From assembly GCF_001945605.1 (NCBI RefSeq), contig NZ_MPKA01000045.1, forward strand, positions 1-32,000: a DNA stretch of 32,000 bases, given 5' to 3'. The translations under genes and the position numbers were made by a program. Shown piece after piece: positions 26,951 through 32,000 of the stretch. This stretch comes from Dubosiella newyorkensis (GTDB lineage: Bacteria > Bacillota_I > Bacilli_A > Erysipelotrichales > Erysipelotrichaceae). The notes below the pieces were generated by a model that was given only the letters and a program-made list of their open reading frames with translations, was not told where the DNA came from and searched no databases. How positions within the stretch are numbered: position 1 is the stretch's first letter; each line of letters begins with the position of its first letter.

Positions 26951-27250
26951 ATGAAAAAAGAATATCGGATCAAGATCGAAGAGCGTGGCGTCAAGCTGCA
27001 ACTTCTGCAAGGCGAAGAGGAAATGGATTATAAAACATTTCCGATCTATACGACGCAAGCCAATCCAGAAGATCCTAACGACTTGTCGAATTTTGTGATC
27101 CCCTTCGAGCTGCTCGCGCAAATGCAGATGCTCGACAAAACTGGTTTTACGTATCAAGGAATCGACACTCCATTCGATACGAGCATGCCTAGCGATACAG
27201 GCGATGATATGAACGATATGGATCATAATGCCAACGACAACGACCAATAA
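26951..27250 (+). CDS. Hypothetical small acidic protein (99 aa)
   Basis: A GAGGTG SD lies 6 nt upstream of the ATG at 26951. The track starts at a GTG at 26942, inside the SD. The C-terminus is D/N-rich. A terminator follows immediately. Confidence 0.55.
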   Translation: MKKEYRIKIEERGVKLQLLQGEEEMDYKTFPIYTTQANPEDPNDLSNFVIPFELLAQMQMLDKTGFTYQGIDTPFDTSMPSDTGDDMNDMDHNANDNDQ

Positions 27251-27252
27251 AG

Positions 27253-27279
27253 AAAAAAAGGCGATGCGCTCGCCTTTTT
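27253..27279. terminator. Bidirectional intrinsic terminator between convergent genes
   Basis: The sequence is AAAAAAAGGCGA-tgcgc-TCGCCTTTTT. The GGCGA/TCGCC stem is extended by complementary A and T tracts. It overlaps the stop codon of the minus-strand membrane protein gene. Confidence 0.65.
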
Positions 27280-28285
27280 ATATTGCTCCGATCGTTTTTA
27301 AATATTCCATTTCTTCTTGGTCTTTTTGAATACGACCTTTGACCTCGTTTTCATAGCGGACCGCTTCTTCTTTGGCGTTTTCCATCTCCTCGATGCTTCC
27401 CTCGTTGTCGATGGTCGATTTGAGCTTGGCGCGATACGTGTTGAATTGGTCGCATTCGCTCGGATACGCTTTCTCAGGACACGCGTGCTTCTTGAGATAG
27501 TTGTTCATCTCTTCTTGCACATCGAGATAGTGCGTCAAGGCGTAAAGATCGATCGTATTGACGACATCCGAAAAATCGTACTCATTGAAATCATTTTTAT
27601 ACGTATAGAAGGAAAGAGTGTAGGTCACCCCTTCGATCGGGACTAAAAAGGTTTGGCCGACAAGATCGCCAGAAAGCAATCCATTGCCTTTCTTAGTGTG
27701 GATATTATAAGAGACGAGCTTGCTTTCGCGGCCATTGACATACCGGTCTTCATCGATGATATCTAAGATAGTCGCGTTGATCCCGAGTTGTTTTTGGACC
27801 TCTTGTGTCAAAAGCGATTCGAGATTTTTGATCGTTTCTCCTTCTTCCTTAGATGCGACAAGCACTGGGACGGATTGGGAAGCGACCGGATAATAATAGA
27901 GGCTTCCTTCTTTTTCTTCAGAATGGAGCGCTGGATCGAGCCGGAAGCTCATGTCTTGGAATGTGTTGACCTTGCTTCCGGAAAGCGGTTTGAATTCTTT
28001 AAGGAGCGAAGGAATATCGCTCTCTCCTGGCAGCGATAGATAGCCAAAGATCCCCGCTAGAACAAGACAGAACACAGGGATCCCGATCAGCGCGTTGGCG
28101 TTGTAGTGGTGTTTTTTAAGAAAGATACGGATGGGCGGAAATACGATCAATGCGGCAAGCAGCACAAATGGCGCCGAAGCATAAAAAGATTGATAGACTA
28201 AATATCCAGATCCCCCAAATAAAAGGATCGATACGAGCCAATAAGGCCATTGTGGGGCTTTTTTTGTTTTACGAATAACACGCAT
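27278..28285 (-). CDS. Hypothetical membrane protein (N-terminal transmembrane helices, large C-terminal domain)
   Basis: Hydrophobic stretches include WPYWLVSILLFGGSGYLVY, APFVLLAALIVFPPIRIF and LIGIPVFCLVLAGIFGYL. The ATG at 28285 has an AGGAGG SD 8 nt upstream. The track GTG at 28291 is too close to the SD. Confidence 0.6.
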   Translation of the reverse strand: MRVIRKTKKAPQWPYWLVSILLFGGSGYLVYQSFYASAPFVLLAALIVFPPIRIFLKKHHYNANALIGIPVFCLVLAGIFGYLSLPGESDIPSLLKEFKPLSGSKVNTFQDMSFRLDPALHSEEKEGSLYYYPVASQSVPVLVASKEEGETIKNLESLLTQEVQKQLGINATILDIIDEDRYVNGRESKLVSYNIHTKKGNGLLSGDLVGQTFLVPIEGVTYTLSFYTYKNDFNEYDFSDVVNTIDLYALTHYLDVQEEMNNYLKKHACPEKAYPSECDQFNTYRAKLKSTIDNEGSIEEMENAKEEAVRYENEVKGRIQKDQEEMEYLKTIGAI

Positions 28286-28384
28286 GCGCACTTCCTCCTA
28301 TACAAAAGCATACACTATCGTGTCAAGATAGACGTATGCTTTCGCCTCTTGTGGTAGTATGAAAGCATCAAGGAGAATGGTATT

Positions 28385-29101
28385 ATGCGATTTAAAGACA
28401 AAGTCGTCATCGTCACTGGCGGTGCGAGCGGAATTGGTAAACGGTTAAAAGAGCGCTTCGAAGAAGAAGGCGCTCATGTTTGTGTGTTCGATATTTTGCC
28501 GAACGATTTTTTTCAAGGCACTCTTTCCAATCAAAAAATGATGGACGCGTTCATTAAAAAGGTGCTTTCCAAATACGATCATGTGGATGTTTTGATCAAC
28601 AACGCCCCTCCAGTCATGCAAGGGATCAAGGAAGGAAGTTATGAAGGCTTCAATCACGCCCTTCTTGTCGGGATCAGCGCGCCCTTCTATTTAAGTCAGC
28701 AATTGATGGATCATTTTGCCTTGGGGGCTTCGATCATCAATATCACCTCGACTCGGGATGCGATGTCGATGGAGGAGAGCGAAAGCTATGCGGCTGCCAA
28801 AGGGGGCTTGATGGCGCTTACCCACGCGATGGCGATTTCTTTGGCAAGAAGAGTGCGTGTCAATGCGATCGCGCCTGGTTGGATCGATACCAAGAACGAA
28901 GAGCACTCGGCTGCAGATCGGCTGCAGCAGCCAGTGGGCCGGATCGGCACGTGCGATGATGTATGCGAGCTGGCGATGTTTTTGGCAAGCGATGCGGCTG
29001 GCTTTATCACGGGCGAAGAGATCGTTCTCGATGGAGGTATGAGTCGTTTGATGGTGTATCATGGCGAGCATGGCTGGACGTTCCAGAGCGAAGAAGAATA
29101 G
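28385..29101 (+). CDS. Short-chain dehydrogenase/reductase (SDR) family oxidoreductase
   Basis: The cofactor motif is VTGGASGIGK. NNA is present. The catalytic motif is YAAAKGG (Y-x3-K). The size is 238 aa. Confidence 0.85.
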   Translation: MRFKDKVVIVTGGASGIGKRLKERFEEEGAHVCVFDILPNDFFQGTLSNQKMMDAFIKKVLSKYDHVDVLINNAPPVMQGIKEGSYEGFNHALLVGISAPFYLSQQLMDHFALGASIINITSTRDAMSMEESESYAAAKGGLMALTHAMAISLARRVRVNAIAPGWIDTKNEEHSAADRLQQPVGRIGTCDDVCELAMFLASDAAGFITGEEIVLDGGMSRLMVYHGEHGWTFQSEEE

Positions 29102-29111
29102 GAAAGAAAAA

Positions 29112-29135
29112 AGCTGAAACGAACTTGTTTCAGCT
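29112..29135. terminator. Hairpin terminator shared by the convergent SDR gene and orf170
   Basis: The sequence is AGCTGAAAC-gaactt-GTTTCAGCT, a perfect 9-bp stem. It is flanked by an A-rich stretch (left) and a T-rich stretch (right). Confidence 0.6.
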
Positions 29136-29138
29136 ATT

Positions 29139-29651
29139 TCATTGGGTTTGATGGTTTTGAAGCGAGAGTAGATTTCGGTTCATATACGCGCTGAGCATTC
29201 TTAAATATGAGAAGAGATCGTTGTATTCTTGAATGTTGATCTCTCCATCTACACTGACCGCAGCTAAGCCAAGCGTCTCATAGACTTCATAGAGCGCGGT
29301 AGCCGCCAAGGAGATCTTTCCATATTTTGAAAAAAGGTGGTTGTCGGCTTGAACGAACACTTGCAGCGTATAGGAAATGGTCGTCGCAAAATGTTCTAGA
29401 TCGGTTTCAGCCATAAAAGCTTCCATTTCTTCATCGCTGAAGCGAAAGCCTAGGGAATCATATAAAAACCCTCTTTCTTCTGGATGGATCTTTAAGTCAG
29501 AAAAAGATAAGTGCATAATGAACACCATCCACTCTGTCTTTAGAAGCGTCTTTAATGGATAGTTGAGATGAAGTTTAGCCCCCAATGTTTTTTCGACTTC
29601 ATCGCATATCTCATACATGCATTCAAGCGATTCTTTTAGATCTTGATCCAT
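29139..29651 (-). CDS. Hypothetical protein (170 aa)
   Basis: The ATG at 29651 has an AAGGAGA SD 5 nt upstream. The track start at 29666 lies only 12 nt downstream of a TATAAT box, so the shorter form is more likely. I recognise no motif securely. Confidence 0.6.
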   Translation of the reverse strand: MDQDLKESLECMYEICDEVEKTLGAKLHLNYPLKTLLKTEWMVFIMHLSFSDLKIHPEERGFLYDSLGFRFSDEEMEAFMAETDLEHFATTISYTLQVFVQADNHLFSKYGKISLAATALYEVYETLGLAAVSVDGEINIQEYNDLFSYLRMLSAYMNRNLLSLQNHQTQ

Positions 29652-29677
29652 AACTTTCTCCTTCATGCACGTTTTTA

Positions 29678-29706
29678 ATTATACCCTAAAACGTTTAAAA
29701 GCTAAA
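29678..29706 (-). promoter_or_regulatory. Candidate promoter of orf170
   Basis: The minus strand reads TTTAGC (29706-29701), 17 nt, TATAAT (29683-29678). It is followed by the SD and the ATG at 29651. Confidence 0.4.
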
Positions 29707-29912
29707 CAAGAACATACAAATTTAGTAGATTTTTCTTATTCAGATTTTCTGTTTTTAATATTTATTTCATCCATTTTGTTTGGTATGATTAAAGAGAAGC
29801 GATCAAAATCACAGAATACGATAGGTAAAGGCGATTCCATCAGGAGTCAAAAATTTCTGAGTGTCAAGACTATCATTCCAAATATTTCTATGTATACTAC
29901 TAAGTGCATAGA

Positions 29913-29940
29913 GGAAATAGTTGAAGCGTCAACTATTTCC
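29913..29940 (+). promoter_or_regulatory. Perfect 12-bp inverted repeat in the nrdD leader (candidate operator or RNA hairpin)
   Basis: The sequence is GGAAATAGTTGA-agcg-TCAACTATTTCC. It ends 33 nt upstream of the nrdD ATG. No U-tract follows, so it is not a classical terminator. Confidence 0.5.
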
Positions 29941-29973
29941 AAAAACTATAAAAATCAAAGGAGCAGAGCAAAC

Positions 29974-32000
29974 ATGAACGTAATTAAACGAAGTGGCGAA
30001 GAAGTCAATTTTGATGTTCAAAAAATAGAAAACGCGATCCGCAAAGCGAGCAAGGCGACCGCGCACGATCAAATGAGCGAAGAGCAGATTTTGCAAGCCT
30101 CCAAGACCGTCGCAGATAAATGTGTCCAATTGAAGCGTTCTCCTAACGTCGAGGAGATCCAAGATATGGTGGAAACAGAAATCATGGCCCGCGGTTTTTT
30201 CGCGGTCGCTCACAACTACATCACGTATCGTTATGAGCGCGCCCTTGTCAGAAAAGCCAATTCGACCGACCAGCAGATCTTGTCCCTTCTTGAGCGGAAC
30301 AACGAAGAAGTCAAGCAAGAAAACTCGAACAAGAATCCGCTTGTCAACAGCGTGCAGCGCGATTATATGGCCGGCGAGGTCTCAAAAGACATCACAAAAC
30401 GTTTCTTATTGCCGCAAGAAGTCATGGAAGCGCACGACCAAGGGATCATTCACTTCCACGATTCGGACTATTTCGCCCAGCATATGCACAATTGCTGTTT
30501 GGTCAATCTAGAAGACATGCTCCAAAATGGAACGGTCATTTCGGAGACGATGATCGAAAAGCCACATAGTTTTTCAACAGCGTGCAACGTGGCGACGCAA
30601 ATCATCGCGCAAGTGGCCAGCAGCCAATACGGGGGCCAGAGCATCACGCTTTCGCATCTAGCGCCCTTTGTAGAAGTCTCTCGTCAAAAAGCGCGCAAAG
30701 AAGTCCGCGAGGAAATGGATGCGCTCGATATTCCATACACGGAAGAAAAGGCGAATGAAATGGCGGAAATGCGCGTCCATCGCGAGATCGAAAAAGGCGT
30801 GCAGATGATCCAATACCAAGTCATCACATTGATGACGACCAATGGCCAAGCGCCATTCGTGACCGTTTTCATGTATTTGAACGAGGTTTCGGACCCTCAA
30901 GAGCGTCATGATCTCGCTTTGATCATCGAAGAAATGCTCAAACAGCGTATTCAAGGCGTCAAAAACGAGAAGGGCGTCTATATCACGCCAGCCTTCCCAA
31001 AACTGATCTATGTGTTAGAGGAAAACAACGTCAAGCCAGACAGTCCTTATTATTATTTGACAGAGCTTGCCGCCAAATGCACCGCGAAACGTATGGTTCC
31101 TGACTACATTTCAGAAAAGCTCATGCTTTCTCTCAAAATCGACACGAAAGGCGAAGGCCATTGTTATCCATGCATGGGATGCCGTTCCTTCTTGACGACC
31201 TATCGCGATGAAAACGATCAACCAAAGTATTATGGACGATTCAACCAAGGCGTCGTGACTTTGAATCTTGTCGATGTCGCTTGTTCTTCTAAAGGCGATC
31301 TCGACACGTTCTGGAAAATCATGGACGAGCGTCTCGCCTTGTGTTATAAAGCGCTCATGTGCCGTCATAATCGTCTTCTTGGCACGCCAAGCGATGTGGC
31401 GCCGATCTTATGGCAAGATGGGGCTCTTGCTCGTTTGAAAAAAGGCGAGCCGATCGATAAATTGCTTTTTGGCGGCTATTCGACCATTTCTCTTGGCTAT
31501 GCCGGCTTATGTGAATGCGTCACGTACATGACAGGGCATCCGCACACCGAAAAAGAAGGCACAGAATTCGGCTTACAAGTCATGCAGTATTTGAATGACG
31601 CGTGCGCGAAGTGGCGCCAAGAAACAAATATCGACTTTTCATTATATGGAACGCCGATGGAATCAACGACTTACAAATTCGCGAAAAAGCTGCAAGACCG
31701 CTTTGGCATCATTCCAGGTGTCACAGATCGCAACTATATCACGAACAGCTATCACGTGCACGTCACTGAAGAGATCAACGCCTTTGATAAATTGACGTTC
31801 GAATCGCAATTCCAAAAGCTTTCCCCAGGAGGCGCGATCAGCTACGTCGAGGTGCCAAATATGGAAAACAACATTCCTGCGGTACTCGCTTTGATCCATC
31901 ACATTTATGAAAATATCATGTATGCCGAGCTCAACACGAAGAGCGACTATTGTCAAGAATGCGGCTATACAGGCGAGATCCAGATCGTAGAGGATGAAAA
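29974..32000 (+). CDS. nrdD: Anaerobic ribonucleoside-triphosphate reductase (class III RNR), 3'-truncated by the window edge
   Basis: An AAAGGAG SD precedes the ATG at 29974. The N-terminal ATP-cone reads MNVIKRSGEEVNFDVQKIENAIRKA. NrdD-typical stretches include GIIHFHDSDYF, NCCLVNLEDM and TTNGQAPFVTVF. The frame stays open to position 32000. The ORF track omits it because there is no stop in the window. Confidence 0.9.
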   Translation, partial: MNVIKRSGEEVNFDVQKIENAIRKASKATAHDQMSEEQILQASKTVADKCVQLKRSPNVEEIQDMVETEIMARGFFAVAHNYITYRYERALVRKANSTDQQILSLLERNNEEVKQENSNKNPLVNSVQRDYMAGEVSKDITKRFLLPQEVMEAHDQGIIHFHDSDYFAQHMHNCCLVNLEDMLQNGTVISETMIEKPHSFSTACNVATQIIAQVASSQYGGQSITLSHLAPFVEVSRQKARKEVREEMDALDIPYTEEKANEMAEMRVHREIEKGVQMIQYQVITLMTTNGQAPFVTVFMYLNEVSDPQERHDLALIIEEMLKQRIQGVKNEKGVYITPAFPKLIYVLEENNVKPDSPYYYLTELAAKCTAKRMVPDYISEKLMLSLKIDTKGEGHCYPCMGCRSFLTTYRDENDQPKYYGRFNQGVVTLNLVDVACSSKGDLDTFWKIMDERLALCYKALMCRHNRLLGTPSDVAPILWQDGALARLKKGEPIDKLLFGGYSTISLGYAGLCECVTYMTGHPHTEKEGTEFGLQVMQYLNDACAKWRQETNIDFSLYGTPMESTTYKFAKKLQDRFGIIPGVTDRNYITNSYHVHVTEEINAFDKLTFESQFQKLSPGGAISYVEVPNMENNIPAVLALIHHIYENIMYAELNTKSDYCQECGYTGEIQIVEDE

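Noticed and set aside
29880-29960. NrdR-box or FNR-box assignment for the nrdD leader repeats.
   Set aside because: The best NrdR-like 16-mer (around TTTCTATGTATACTAC) matches only about two-thirds of the consensus, and no second box lies at the expected spacing of about 31-32 bp. The TTGA-N4-TCAA core has the wrong spacing for the FNR consensus TTGAT-N4-ATCAA.
29929-31956. Minus-strand and off-frame ORFs within nrdD: 29929-30318, 30233-30511, 30658-30954, 31111-31368, 31595-31795 and 31663-31956.
   Set aside because: The nrdD frame is open from 29974 to the window end with NrdD motifs throughout. These ORFs are antisense or alternative-frame noise. The track missed nrdD only because it has no stop in the window.

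Overview
This is a 32-kb bacterial chromosomal window. Strong AGGAGG-type ribosome-binding sites, a class III RNR and a CBS-type family II pyrophosphatase suggest an anaerobic Bacillota-like host; that is inference. There are three compositional blocks. (1) 1-366 is the 3' end of an IS66-family element: a TnpC C-terminus plus a GTAAGCG-type terminal repeat. (2) About 367-15000 is a strongly AT-rich island. Hand-counted 60-nt lines give about 27% G+C here, against about 50-55% in the host block. All its genes are on the minus strand and are overlapping or nearly abutting. The order is dptF-dptG-dptH (phosphorothioate-dependent restriction), a terminator-like hairpin, dndC-dndD-dndE-dndA (DNA phosphorothioation), then an uncharacterised 211-aa ORF placed 2 nt after dndA. 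I found no DndB (DGQHR) homologue. (3) 15000-32000 is host DNA. It encodes a CBS/DRTGG family II pyrophosphatase, a poly-lysine-tailed small protein coupled to a 2H phosphoesterase (ThpR/LigT), and a nine-gene minus-strand operon. That operon runs hemA-hemC-cobA/hemD-hemB-hemL-(SirC-like+CbiX-like fusion)-DUF5131-GHMP kinase-orf101. It is followed by small hypothetical genes, an SDR oxidoreductase and the 5' two-thirds or more of nrdD. No tRNA, rRNA or CRISPR array was seen. The main candidate for novelty is the Dnd/Dpt island: its components are known families, but the layout is unusual (co-directional, restriction genes first, no dndB, dndA last, one extra tightly linked unknown gene). The second observation is a very strong strand compositional asymmetry: C far exceeds G on the + strand from about 15 to 21 kb regardless of coding strand, and the sign changes inside the intact hem operon.
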